Assembly: GCA_030390025.1 (NCBI GenBank)
Contig: CM059425.1
Coordinates: forward strand, 68,882,001 to 68,946,000
Direction of reading: 5' to 3'
Length of the DNA stretch: 64,000 nt
From: Squalus acanthias
Lineage: Eukaryota
Shown here: piece by piece, positions 13,341 through 25,844 of the stretch
Layout: each line of letters begins with the position of its first letter
How positions within the stretch are numbered: position 1 is the first letter of the stretch
The notes under the pieces: generated by a model
What the model was told of the DNA's origin: nothing
What the model saw: the letters and a program-made list of their open reading frames with translations, nothing else
The model's database searches: none
Translations under genes and position numbers: made by a program

Positions 13341-14444
13341 AGCCATTACTCAAAGTATCACAGCACAGATTTAGTTTTCAAACAACTCCCACCACAATTC
13401 ACCTCCCCTTTTAAAAGGTGCAGGCTGCCTTTAAGTAGCGCAAGCCACTCGCGATATCGAGCCCTCTGCTGATGCATGCAGCCAATGAACAACGCAGGTA
13501 GTGCTGGTTGCATGCAGCAATCATGTAAAACAGCAGGCAGAACGAATGTAACATTTTGCCTGCATGGGTACTGTGATCCCCATCACCCATTTTCGGTGGT
13601 TATCTAATTTAACCCCCTTGCTCTCTGCACCTCTCCCTGACAGCACAGCCAAGATCAGGAAGCTGCTAGCTGAGAATTCGGGGGATTGAGCCGGTATCCC
13701 TCCTTCATATGACATACTGCATGGAAGGAATAATATACAGTGTACAGACTCTTCCACACAACCCAATCATTGGAAAACTCACGTAGAAATCACACAAAAA
13801 AATAGTGGCAAAGCCTGATGGGACACCGTGCATTTAAGAGGTATAAAGTAAAGTCACAAGTCCAAATTAATGTAACTTGCACAGCAAATGCTTCCTTGTC
13901 CACCTGAATGTATCTATTGAGTCATAATTCTTACTAACTCCTTGCACTAGCCTGCCAACCGCTGATCAGGTATCCAGTGAGCTGTTATCATATTTTTCCA
14001 GCGTTTCATTATTTAGGCTCCACTGGCTGTCTACATTTTGCAACTCTCAAATGGAGATATGGTAAACGTGAGAAATATGATAAGCCTCTGTGGCATGTTG
14101 ATGTGCGTTTGTAATCTTGGACTTCAGGCGACATGAAACCAGGTTTTCCTTGTTAAAATCAAATCGAGTTCACTGAGCCAAGTAGCTCCTGCCAAAAAAT
14201 TGCAAGTTCAATCCGTTTTGTTTCTGAGATATTAAAATGGAAAGTAAACTGAATTGGCAGACTCAACATTGCTGAGTTGACCCCCTGCAGGGAGTAGGTC
14301 ATAGAGCAGATTGGGAGGCACTCTGCACTAGCCATAGGAGATAGCAGGATTAGTGAGATAATGCAGGCTGAGGGTTAGTGGATGCAGATGTACAAAATCA
14401 CCATGGCATCCCTGTAAAGCAGCAGATAGCCAGGAGCTTCCTTA

Positions 14445-14867
14445 CACATCTTCCGTTCTCCTTCCTGCATTTCGAAGGGACCGTTCCCTCCACAACACTC
14501 TAGTCCACTCTTCCATCACCCCACCACCCGCTCACCATCCCATGGTACCTTCCCATGCAAGTGTAGGAGATGCAACACCTGCCCTTTCACCTCCTCCCAT
14601 CCCACTGTCCAGGGCCTCAAACATTCATTCCAGGTGAAACGGTGATTTACTTGTACCTCTTTCAATTTAGTATAGTGTATTTGCTGCTCACGATGCGGTC
14701 TCCTCGACACTGGGGAGACCAAACGCAGATTGGGTAATCGCTTTGCTGAACGCCTCTGTGCAAGTGTGACCCTGAGCTTCCGGTCGCTTGCCACTTTCAA
14801 TTCTCCATCCCACTCTGACCTCTCTGTCCTCGGCCTCCTACACTGTTCCAATAAAGCTCAATGCAAG
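14445..14867 (+). mobile_element. Penelope-like element, GIY-YIG endonuclease region (left part)
   Basis: Translates to GTFPCKCRRCNTC...FTCTSFNLV*CICCSRCGLLDTGETKRRLGNRFAE, typical of the PLE GIY-YIG domain. Confidence 0.85.
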
Positions 14868-14938
14868 AGTCATAGAGTTATACAGCACAAAAAGAGGCCC
14901 TTCGGCCCATCGTGTCCTTGCCAGCCATCAAGCCCTGT

Positions 14939-17910
14939 CTATTCTAATCCCATTTTCCAGCACTTAGTCCGTATGCTATGGCGTTTCAAGTGCTCATCTA
15001 AATCCTTCTTGAATGTTGTGAGGGTACCTGCCTCTACCACCCTTTCAGGCAGTGAGTTCCAGGTTCCAACCACCCTCTGGGTGAAAAAGTTTTTCCTCAA
15101 ATCCCCTCTAAACTTCCTGCCACTTACCTTGAAACTATGCCCCCTGGTTATTGACCCCTCTACTAAGGGGAAAAGTTCCTTTCTATCTATCCTATCTATG
15201 CCCCTCATAATTTTGTACACCTCAATCAGGTTCCCCCTCAGCCTTCTCTGCTCTAAGGAAAACAACCCCAGCCTGTCCAGTCTCTCTTCATAGCTGAAGC
15301 GCTCCAGCCCAGGTAACATCCTGGTGAATCTCCTCTGCACCCTCTCCAATGCAATCACATCCTTCCTATAGTGTGGCGACCAGAACTGCACACAGTATTC
15401 CAGCTGTGGCCTAACTAGCGTTTTGTACAGCTCCATCATAACCTCCCTGCTCTTATATCCTATGCCTCGGCTAATGAAGGCAAGCATCCCATATGCCTTT
15501 TTAACCACCTTATCTACCTGTCCTGCTGCCTTCAGGGATCTATGTACATGCACACCAAGGTCCCTCTGATCCTCTGTCCTTCCTAGGGTCCTACCATTCA
15601 TTGTTTATTCCCTTGCCTTGTTAGTCCTCCCAAAATGCATCACCTCACACTTTTCAGGGTTAAATTCCATTTGCCACTGTTCTGCCCATCTGACCAACCC
15701 GTCTATATCATCCTGTAGCCTGAGGCTTCCCTCCTCGCTATTTACCACTCCACCAATTTTCGTGACATCTGCGAACTTACTGATCATACCTCCTACATTC
15801 ATATCTAAATCATTATTGTACACTACAAACAGCAAGGGACCCAGCACCGATCCCTGCGGTACACCACTGGACACAGGCTTCCAGTCACAAAAGCAACCTT
15901 CGACCATCACCCTCTGCCTCCTGCCACTAAGCCAATTTTGGATCCAATGTGCCAAATTGCGTTGGATCCCATGGGCTCTTACCTTCTTGACCAGTCTCCC
16001 ATGCGGGACTTTGTCAAAAGCCTTACTGAAGTCCATGTAGACTACATCAACTGCATTACCCTCATCCACACACCTAGTCACCCCCTCAAAAAATTCAATC
16101 TAATTGGTTAGACATGATCTGCCCCTGACAAAGCCATGCTGACCATCCTTGATTAATCCTTGCCTCTCCAAGTGGAGACTAATTCTGTCCCTCAGAATTT
16201 TTTCCAATAATTTCCCTACCACTGATGTTAGGCACACTGGCCTGTAATTCCCTGGTTTATCCCTACTACCCTTCTTGAATAATGGTACTACGTTAGCTGT
16301 CCTCCAGTCCTCTGGCAGCTCCCCTGTGGCCAGAGAGGTTCTGAAAATTTGTGTCAGCGCCCCTGCAATCTCCTCCCTTGCCTCACACAGCAGCCTGGGA
16401 TACATCCCGTCAGGGCCTGGGGATTTATCCACTTTTAAGCCCGCTAAAACCGCTAGTACCCCCTCCCTCTCAATACTAATTTGTTCAAGTATATCACAAT
16501 CCCCCTGCCTGATTTCTATGCCTACATCGTCCTTCTCCATAGTGAACACAGATGCAAAATATTCATTTAAAACCTCACCTACATCTTCCAGCTCTACACA
16601 CAGATTGCCACTTTGGTCCCTAATGGGCCCTACTCTTTCCCTGGTTATCCTCTTGCCCTTAATATACTTATAAAACACCTTGGGATTTTCCTTTATTTTG
16701 CCCACCAGTGTTATTTCATGCCCCCTCTTCGCTCTCCTAATTTCTTTTTTAAGTACCCCCCTGCACTTTCTATACTCCTCTAGGGCTTCCACTGTTTTTA
16801 GTCCTTTGTATCTGCCAAAAGCCTCCCTTTTTTTCCTAATCCATTCTTGTATATCCCTTGACATCCAGGGTTCCCTGGGCTTGTTGGTCCCACCCTTGAC
16901 CTTTACGGGAACATGTTGACGCTGTACTCTCTCTATTTCCTTTCTGAATGACTCCCACTGCTCTGATATGGATTTTCCTACAAGTAGCTGATCCCAGTCC
17001 ACTTTGGCCAGATCCTGCCTTATCATATTAAAATCGGCCTTCCCCCAATTTAGAACCTTTATTTCCAGTCCATCTTTGTCCTTTTCCATGACTACCTTAA
17101 ATCTCACCGAATTATGGTCACTGTCACCAAAATGCTCTCCTACTGACACTTCTACCACTTACCCGGCTACATTCCCTAGAATTAGGACCTCTCTCTTGTA
17201 GGACTTTCTACATGCAGGCTCAAAAAGCTCTCCTGGATGCACTTTAAGAATTCTGCACCCTCTAAGCCTTTCACACTCTGACTATCCCAGTTAATATTGG
17301 GGAAGTTGAAATCCCCTACTATTATTACCCTATTATTTCTACACTTCTCTGAGATTTGCCTACATATCTGTTCCTCTATCTCCCCATGACTGTTTGGGGG
17401 CCTATAGTACACTCCCAGCAAAGTGCTTGCCCCCTTTTTGTTTTTAAGTTCTACCCATATGGCCTCATTAGAGGAACCTGCTAAGATATCATCCCTCCTT
17501 ACTGCAGTAATTGACTCCTTGATTAATATTGCGACACCCCCTCCTCTTTTACACCCCCCTCTGTCTCGCCTGAAGATTCTATACCCCAGAATATTAAGCT
17601 GCCAGTCCTGCCCCTCCCTCAACCATGTCTCTGTGATAGCAACAATATCATACTCCCATGTGTTCATCAACACCTTCAATTCATCTGCCTTACTCGCAAG
17701 ACTCCTTGCATTAAAATAAATGCCATCCAGCCTTACCATACTCCCTTGTGCCGTTACATATTTGCTCTGCCTTCCAGACTGACTTGTTTTTTCCTCTATA
17801 TTTGGCTGTGCATCACCCCCTACTATAGCTCCACTCCGTATCCCATCCCCCTGCCAAGTTAGTTTAAACCGCCCCCCCCCCCCCAACAGCACTAGCAAAC
17901 CTCCCCGCAA
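14939..17910 (-). pseudogene. CR1 ORF2: APE endonuclease plus reverse transcriptase (several frameshifts)
   Basis: YFNARSL, AITETW, GVYYRPP, GDFNFP, SDHN, KSPGPDG, YMDFSKAFDKVPH, GVPQGSVLGP, KFADVTK. Confidence 0.93.
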
Positions 17911-18782
17911 GGATGTTGGTCCCGTTCCGGTTCAGGTGCATCCCGTCCGACTTGTACAGGTCCCACCTTTCCCAGAAGCAGACCCAGTGATCCAGGAAAC
18001 TAAAGCCCTCCCTCCTGCACCAACTCTTTAGCCACGCATTCATCTGCTCTATCCTCCTATTCCTATACTCACTAGCACGTGGCACCGGGAGTAATCCACA
18101 GATTACAACCTTTGAGGTCCTGCTTTTCAATCTGCTACCTAGCTCCCTAAATTCTTGTTGCAGGACCTCATCCCTCTTTCTACCTATGTCGTTGGTACCA
18201 ATGTGAACCACGACCTCTGACTGTTCGCCCTCCATCTTCAGAATGCCCTGCAGCCGTTCAGTGACATCCTTGACCCTAGCACCAGGGAGGCAACATACCA
18301 TCCTGGAGTCACGTCTGCGGCCGCAGAAACGCCTGTCTGCACCCCTCGCTATTGAGTCTCCTACCACTATTGCCCTTCCACTCTTACTCCTCCCCCCTTG
18401 TGCAGCTGAGCCACCCACAGTGCCGTGAACTTGGCTCTGACTGCACTCCCCAGAGGAACCGTCACTTTCACCGTTTTCCAACAGAGAAAAACGGTTGTTG
18501 AGTGAGATGCACTCTGGGACTTTCCTGACTACCTGCCTGCCCCCCTTCTTCTGACTGGTGGTCACCCATTCTGTCACTTTCTTAAGCTGCTATCCATGTA
18601 ACTCTCAGTCTCGCGGATACACCACAGTGCCTCCAGCTGACGCTCGAGCTCCGAAAACTGGATCTCAAGTTGGCCAAACGTTGGCACTTACTGCACATGT
18701 GGTCATCCTGACTGCAAGAAGCGTCTAGGAATTCCCACATGCTGCAGGCCGTGCAACGCATGGGACTGAGGTCCCCTGTCAT
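17864..18782 (-). pseudogene. CR1 ORF1: Cys-rich N-terminus plus SGNH/GDSL esterase
   Basis: CTACSMWE...CSKC, IVVGDSIARG, VVHIGTND, DGMHLN. Frameshift near 18600. Confidence 0.88.
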
Positions 18783-18874
18783 ACTTTTAATTAGAAAACT
18801 CTTACCTTAAATTTAAACTCTCAGATTCTCGCTCTCCCGAACTACCTTAACTATGAACTACCTTTAAAGAAATT

Positions 18875-19010
18875 TGTGAGAAGTCGCACAACACCAGGTT
18901 ATAGTCCAACAGCTTTATTTGATTTCAAATAAAGCTGTTGGACTATAACCTGGTGTTGTACGACTTCTCACATTTGTCCACCCCAGTCCAACACCGACAT
19001 CTCCACATCA
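18875..19010. repeat. Penelope terminal fragment forming a 48-bp-arm inverted repeat
   Basis: Arms 18875-18922 and 18925-18972 have one mismatch. The same unit occurs at 42782-42835 and 63630-63720. Confidence 0.8.
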
Positions 19011-19158
19011 TGCTTAAAAGAAATAGACTTAAAATTGAAAAAAAAAGCACTCACCCACTACTCACCAATCAGCTTCTTCCCCTGCGCCGGCGTCACTTTG
19101 GAACACGTATATCTTTTAATCTACACCAAGGCACTTAAATTTAGACGCAGAAGTTTAG

Positions 19159-19600
19159 GCTCAAGGAATAGCACCTTATGTTTCGATAAGGCACTTTACA
19201 GCTTTCCAGCCTCAACATTGAGTTATACAATTTCAGATCATAACCACCACTCCCATTTTTTTTCGGACAGCAAGTGTTGGTAATGGTTCTGCTGTTGCCA
19301 TTTACTCCTCCTCTGGACCCATCTTTTGTTTCTTTATTGTCCCATTACCACTCCCTTTTGCCCTGCACCATTATCACCTTTGTCACTTAATCACTTCTGC
19401 CTTCCACCCCATCACAGATCATCCCTTTTGTTCTTCCCTCCTCCCCCTCCCCCCTACTTTCCTTGGCTCTGTACTTAGAAACTGTTAAATCTCTAACTTC
19501 TTCCAGTTCTGATGTAAGTTCATTGACCTGAAACATCAAATCTATTTTTCTCTCCATGGATCTTGCCTGACCTCCTTTTCTGCATTTTCTGTTTTTATTT
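19159..19600 (+). mobile_element. Penelope-like element right part (ORF end and pseudo-LTR with decayed hammerhead motif)
   Basis: LKE*HLMFR*GTLQLSSLNIELYNFRS* continues the 14867 frame. CTGATG..GACCTGAAAC at 19509-19534. Confidence 0.75.
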
Positions 19601-19724
19601 TGCTTCCTTACTCTAGCCTGCCTACATAATGAATAGGGGCTTTGATCACCCATTGTTTCCTGCAGATTCATCACAGGAACAGATGGGAGGGGGGTGGAGG
19701 AAGATGAAGAGAAGGAACATGATG

Positions 19725-19992
19725 ATGTTGCGCATCCCAGATTTTAATCGCTCCACCATTGGCGGCAAGGCCTTCAGCTGTCTAGGCCCTAAGCTCTGGA
19801 ATTCCCTCCCTAAACCTCTCCGCCTCTCTACCCCTCTCTCCTACTTGAAGACACTCCTTAAAATCTACCTCACCTGTCCTAATGTCTCCTTATGTGGCTC
19901 GGTGTCAAATTTTGTTTGATAATGCTCCTGTGTAGCACCTTGGGATGTTTTACTATGTTAAAGGCGCTATATAAATGCAAGTTGCTGTTGTC
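19725..19992 (+). mobile_element. L2 LINE 3' end
   Basis: RSTIGGKAFSCLGPKLWNSLP, and tail GGCGCTATATAAATGCAAGTTGCTGTTG. Confidence 0.85.
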
Positions 19993-21212
19993 GACAATGA
20001 GGAGGTGGGGACAGTGGCAGCAGAGGCGGAAAGAAATATCTTTCTTGTAGACTACAATGATGATAACAATGAGCCCGATAATGGGAATAATCAGTGGCAG
20101 GCCACACAGGAGTCCTAAATTAATAAGCAGAACCTCAAGGGTAATAATCTCTGGATTACTACCTGAGCCACGTGCAAATTGGCATATGGTCAAGCAGATC
20201 AGAGAGTTAAATGCGTGGCTCAAAGAGTGTTGTGGGAAGGAGTTTCAATTAATGGGGCACTGGCACCAGTACTGGGGAAAGAGGGAGCTGTTCCGTTGGG
20301 ACGGGCTCCACTTAAACTGGGCTGGGACCAGCGTCCTGGCGAATCAAATAATTAGGGCTGTAGACGGGGCTTTAAACTAAAAAAGGGGGGGGGGAGGGGT
20401 CAGGAGAGGGGAAATTTAGAAATCTAAAGAGAAAGGTCAAGGCAATAGAGCAGTGTAGCGATTTGGGTAAAAATAAGCAGAGTGTGACAGGAAGGGACAG
20501 AGAGTTTAACCGTAGCAGTGCAGCAGAGAATAAGGTCAAAGCAGGGAATAATGGTAAAAAATTTAAATTAAAGGCCCTTTATCTGAATGCACGAAGCATT
20601 CGTAACAAGATAGATGAACTAGTGGCACAAATAGAGATAAATGGGTTTCATCTAATAGCTATTACAGAGATTTGGTTGCAAGGTGACCAAGGTTGGCAAC
20701 TAAATGTTCCAGGGTACTTGACATTTCAAAAAGACAGGCAGAATGGAAAAGGAGGGGGAATAGCCCTGATAATAAAGGATGACATAAGGACAGTAGAGAG
20801 AAAGGATCTCGGCTCGGAAGATCAGGAAGTAGAATCAGTATGGATGGAGTTAAGGAATAACAAGGGGCAGAAAACACTGGTGGGATTAGTATATAGGCCC
20901 CCTATCTGTAGCTATACCGTTGGACAGAATATTAATCAAGAAATAGTAGGAGCTTGTAAAAAAGGTAATGCAATAATCGTGGGGGACATTAATCTTCATA
21001 TAGACTGGACAAATCAAATTGGCAAAGGTAGTCTGGAGGACGAGTTCATGGAATGCATCCGGGACAGTTTCTTAGAACAATACGTCATGGAACCAACCAG
21101 GGAACAGATTATTTTAGATCTTGTATTGTGTAATGAGACAGGGTTAATTAGCAATCTCATAGTAAAAGATCCTCTGGGGCAGAGTGATCATAATATGATA
21201 GAACTTCACATT

Positions 21213-21975
21213 GGCCCAGAAATTCGCCTCTCCGGCTTGCCGCGGGGGTAAGGATCGCGCGCGCTCTTTCCTACCGCGCCTGCCGTTGTGTTTTGGGCCC
21301 ACGGGAACTTCAGCTCCTGGGCCTCTCCCAACTGCCGGCGCGCAGTGCTTGCGTGTCCCAGGGGCGCAGTTAGTGCGATGCGTCCCCTGGGATCACGTGA
21401 GGGCCATGGAGAGCCAATGGCAGCAGACCATCTTTCATTCATAGATTTGACAGGAGACCTGTCAAATCTGTGAATTGAAATCGGCCCCAAAACAACACCT
21501 AAACTTAAAATAATTTTTTTTAAAAACCATCACATTTATAAAATAACTATAGTTAAATAAATTAACTACTTTAAACAAAAATTTAAATTTTTGAAGAAAT
21601 TAAAATACTTTTTAAGTGATAAAAATAAACTTACCTTTCTTTAAAGTATCTAAAAAAGATAACCCTGTTGAAAATTTTTTAAATTATACTTAATTAACCA
21701 CTTACCTTGTTGAAAATGGGTCTTGCGCCTCCTTTTTAATAGTGTAGTTTCTTCGATACTTACCCTCACGTAGAAACTTAAAAAAAAATCTAAGTTTGCT
21801 TCGTGCGCGCAGCCACTACCACGCACGCGGTTCACCTAGGAACCGCCCCCTTCACCATACCGGAAGTTCCGGTTTCCCGCGCATGCGCAGTGCATGCAGG
21901 AAACCGGCACTTCGGGAAGCATTACGGGTGAGTACAGAGCGCGTACTCACCCGGGAAGGGCCAAATTTTCGGCCC
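21213..21975. mobile_element. Harbinger-type MITE (763 bp)
   Basis: TSD ATT (21210-21212, 21976-21978) and imperfect TIRs GGCCCAGAAATT / AATTTTCGGCCC. Excision restores CR1 ELHIKFESD. Confidence 0.9.
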
Positions 21976-22596
21976 ATTAAGTTTGAGAGTGACTTGCCTA
22001 AGTCCGAAAACTAGAGTCTTGGGGGGAAAAATTCGGTTGATTAGCGCCTCCCGTTAGCGCCCTAGAGGGCGCTAATGGGGCGTAAAGCAACTAGCGCCCG
22101 GGTGCGGCGATGTTTGCGCTGCTCGCGAAATTGACCAGACATTTTGTGGCGCGCTAAACACTACCGCCACGATCTCCTGTGCTCACAGATCATGACGTTA
22201 GTCAAGCGTGCAACGCCCCAGTAGTGCCCTGGATTGGATACTGAGTGGTGCCCCCTGCCTTTCCGCCTGTCGCTAGCAACGACAGGTAGAGGGGAATGTT
22301 TTGCAGTCAGGTAGGGACTGGGGGAGCGCTATTTAAAGTCAGCCTCTTCCTGCCTTTTTTTGTCAGCGACATTTTTGCACCACGCATTGAGAGAGAGAGA
22401 GAGAGAGAGAGACTTCTGGAGAGATTCAACGCTGTGTGAAGGAGTTTTGGGTACTGAGCATCATTTTGCAGGTTCTTTTTGATTTGACCTTCATCGCATC
22501 GATTTACAAGAGACTGTGAGAGCTGCACTGATTTGGGGTGTCGTCCTGCACCTGCAGAATCGGAGGCATCAGAGGCGCAGAGAGAGAGTGGCAAAC

Positions 22597-23684
22597 ATGG
22601 CCAGAGGGAGGAGGGCCAACAGGCCTCTGCACAGGAGACCTTACCCTCCCAGGGTATTCCGGGAGCAATTCTCCTACATTCATTTGTCTGAGGAGCAGTG
22701 TTTGCGCAGGCTGCGCTTCAGCAAGGAGGTGGTCACTGAGCTCTGCCACCTGCTGCAACCAGATCTGCAGCCTCAACTGAGGACCAGGGCGTCTCTGTGT
22801 CGGTGGCAGTGAAAATGGCTCTGAATTTTTATGCCACCGGCTCCTTTCAAGCATCTATTGGGGACATCGCCAATATCTCCCAGTTCGCTGTCCATTGCTG
22901 TATCTGGGAGGTGACAAATGCCCTGTATAAAAGGAGATGGCAGTACATCTCTTTCCCCATGACCCGGGCCAAACAGCATGAACGCGCATGTGGCTTTGCT
23001 AGGATAGCAGGCTTCCCCATGGTGCAGGGCGCCATTGACTGCACACATGTGGCATTGCGGGCACCGCATGAAAATGCAGAGATTTTCCGAAACCGCAAGG
23101 GCTACCACTCCTTAAATGTGCAGTTGGTCTGTGACCACAGACAGCTGATACTCGCCGTCAATGCCCGCTATCCTGGCAGCAGCCACGATGCTTTCATCCT
23201 GCGCCAGACTGGTGTGCCAGACCTTTTCCAGGCACCGCATCACCCAAGTGGATGGCTCCTCGGGGACAAGGGTTATCCACTCTGCACCTGGCTGATGACA
23301 CCGCTCCGTAACCCCAACACCCCTGCCAAGCTGTGGTAAAATGAGAGCCATATCGCCACCAGGAACATAATTGAGCAGACTATCGGCGTGCTCAAGCAAC
23401 GGTTCCGCTGTCTGGACCACTCAGGAGGAGCCCTGCAGTACTCTCCTGAGCGAGTCTCCCTCTTCATAGTTGTATGCTGCATGCTTCACAACCTGGCAAT
23501 CCTGAGGACCCAGCCAATGCCACCAGGGATTGGTGCACCACCGGAGGAAGAGGAACAGGAACAGGAGGATGAGGAGGAGGAAGAGGAGGAGGATGATCAG
23601 CAGCGGCACCAAGGTGGGAGGGAGGCCCACAATGTTGCCACTGCAAGGGCCGTCCGTCAACGGCTGATAACAAGCCGCTCCTAG
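22597..23684 (+). pseudogene. Harbinger transposase with a +2 frameshift (~22796) and premature TAA (23337-23339)
   Basis: GAIDCTH, LGDKGY and RNIIEQTIGVLKQRF DDE motifs. Lesions are defined by comparison with 47537-48616. Confidence 0.92.
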
Positions 23685-23980
23685 GCCCCTACTCAGAAGA
23701 TGGCTTCTGGCATGGAGAACAACATCATGGAAAGCAACCCGCACCCCCTATAGCCGGCCAAAGCTGCAATGATTCCAAAGGCCAAAAATGTTAATTTTGA
23801 ATACAACTTTTTTATTTAACAAACTCTGTGTGTGTCATTTATTCAGGACAAACAATTAGAAACAAAGACAACAAATCATGAACTAACAGAACTGGTTCTC
23901 ACAAGCTGGAGAAAAACACCAAAACAGTAAACAAATGTAATCAGACGAACCTCGACCTTTAGTACAAACATTCCCACCAT

Positions 23981-25844
23981 TTATTTAGACCTCCTACTGT
24001 TTGCCCTTTGAGGGTGATCTCCATCCCCTGCGCATTTCCCCCCTTCCCACCCAACTGCTCCTCCATAATGGGCCCCAGTGGCTGCAGCAAGGTTGGTGGA
24101 AGGCTGCTGAATGTCAGATGCTAAGACTACAGATGCCCTTGAAGGACGCCCTCGACCAGCTCTGGGCCTGGAGGCCCCGGCTGCAGACTGCACCAACTCT
24201 GCATGGGCTGGCTGTGTTGCAGGTGGTGGCAAGTGCAATGGGGAAGTGACAGTGGTGGGAGCAGGAATGCTGTCCTCCTGAGAGAGGACAGCACCTTCCT
24301 GCTCGACTGGCACTCCCATGGGGTAGTACCTCAGCATCCAGAGCAATCTGCTCGAGCACAGATTGCTGGCCTGCAGCGGCACCGTGAGAGCCCCGGGGCA
24401 ATGTGGCCGAACCAGCGACAATGGCAGCAGTCACTGCTTGTGTTACATCAATCTGAGACTGCATGAGAGCAGTCTGAGATTGGATGGCAGCAGCCAGTGA
24501 CTGAATTGCAGCACTAAGCCGTTGCGTTGTGTCGGCCTGTGCTGCAGCGGAGTGCTCCACACTCCTTGCCAGTCCATCAATGCTTTCGGGCACCCTTGCC
24601 ATTGCACCCATGAGCTCAGTGTGCATGCTCAAGGCCTGGCTATTCATTTCCACGATGACGCATTCCTCCTCTGCGTCCAGTGCAGCAGGACTCGCTTGCC
24701 TACTCTCCCTCCGGGGAGAATGCCCCTGAGCTTCCCTACCCCCATGGCATTGCTGCAGCCCGCTGGGTCCCGGAGCTTCACCCTCATCAGACCCTTCCCC
24801 CCTGCTCCCCTCCATGGAAGGCGTGGTCCCAGTGTGTGCATGGGCTCCCTCGGGAGACGCAGGCGCTGAGGCTCCGGCTTCCTCTTCCTCCTCGCCTGGG
24901 GTGTCGCTCCCACTGGTTGGTTGAGGGACAGGTTGCTCAGCTGGTGGTTCACTATCTGAAAGCAGGGAGGTACAAGGGTGGCTTTAGCGTCAGGACAGGG
25001 GGGCAGTAAGGGAGTAAGGACTGGAGACATTTAGTAAGTTGGATTGAAAGTGTAAAAGGCTGGTGTTGTGAGGGACAAGTGGAATGAGAGAGGAGAGAAA
25101 GCTGATGAACTTACCATTGCTGTCCCCAAGGGGGTCGATCTCTCCAGCGGCCGCGGCACCTATCACCTGGCTGGCAACGATCCTGTGGACGCGCGCCTCC
25201 AAATCGCTGAGGGTCTGCAGCTGAGCCGGCCTTCCACCCGTCCATTGCTGCTGCCGCCTATTATGAGATAGCTTGGCCTGCAAGAAAAAGGACGGCGTCT
25301 GAGTAAATGTGCAGCCATGGTCTTGCCTGATGTGCCTCCCATAGTTGAATAGCCCTTAATGTATACAGCTATGTGCTTGCCTGATGTGCCTCCCATAGTT
25401 GAATAGCCCTTAATGTATGCAGCCATGTGCTTGCCTGATGTGCATCCCATAGTTCAATAGCACTTAATGTATGGAATGTGCGTGCATGTTTTATGAGATG
25501 GCCATAGGTCTTGGATGAGTGTTGGGCATTTGGGGTTTTTAAACCCTCTGGGCACAGAGTGAGGTTGAGATGGAGGGATGTAGAGGTATTGAAAAGCAGC
25601 CACTCACCCTGACCACCCGAGTGAGGTCGTTGAACTTCTTCCGACATTGTGTGTGGGTCCTGGGCACCATGCTCCTGGAGGAGACGTGCTGAGCCACCTC
25701 CCTCCACATTCTTCTATATTCGCGTGGCACTGGCCTCCTGCCACGCTGTGGGTACAGTATTGATCTTCGGCGCTCCACTGCGCCAACCAGAGCCACCAAA
25801 GCCCAGTCGCTGAAGCGCTGAGCTCGTTCCCTGGGCCTCTCCAT
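23981..25844 (-). pseudogene. Harbinger Myb/SANT-like gene; exons 25844-25608, 25277-25115, 24955-~23981
   Basis: MERPRERAQRFSDWALVALV...WREVAQHV...QCRKKFNDL. Canonical GT-AG introns in phase; frameshift near 24310. Confidence 0.87.
25311..25472. repeat. Tandem repeat, 3 x 54 bp, in intron 1 of the Myb-like gene
   Basis: CTTGCCTGATGTGC recurs at 25322, 25376 and 25430. Confidence 0.9.

Larger units (their letters stand above)
9341..13617 (+). mobile_element. Decayed full-length two-gene PIF/Harbinger transposon (older subfamily)
   Basis: TIRs GGGGGTTAATTTGG / CTAATTTAACCCCC enclose a transposase pseudogene (+) and a convergent Myb-like pseudogene (-). Confidence 0.85.
14868..19158 (-). mobile_element. 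Near-full-length CR1 LINE (5'UTR, ORF1, ORF2, 3' tail)
   Basis: Contiguous ORF1 and ORF2 fragments in order. The 3' tail is at 14868, and the element splits the Penelope frame. Confidence 0.93.

Noticed and set aside
14730-17719. Plus-strand ORFs of 100-190 aa
   Set aside because: Mostly antisense shadows of CR1 ORF2.
20463-21251. Stand-alone endonuclease gene
   Set aside because: CR1 ORF2 APE domain truncated by the MITE.
25311-25472. CRISPR-like array or repeat protein
   Set aside because: Head-to-tail units without unique spacers, inside an intron.
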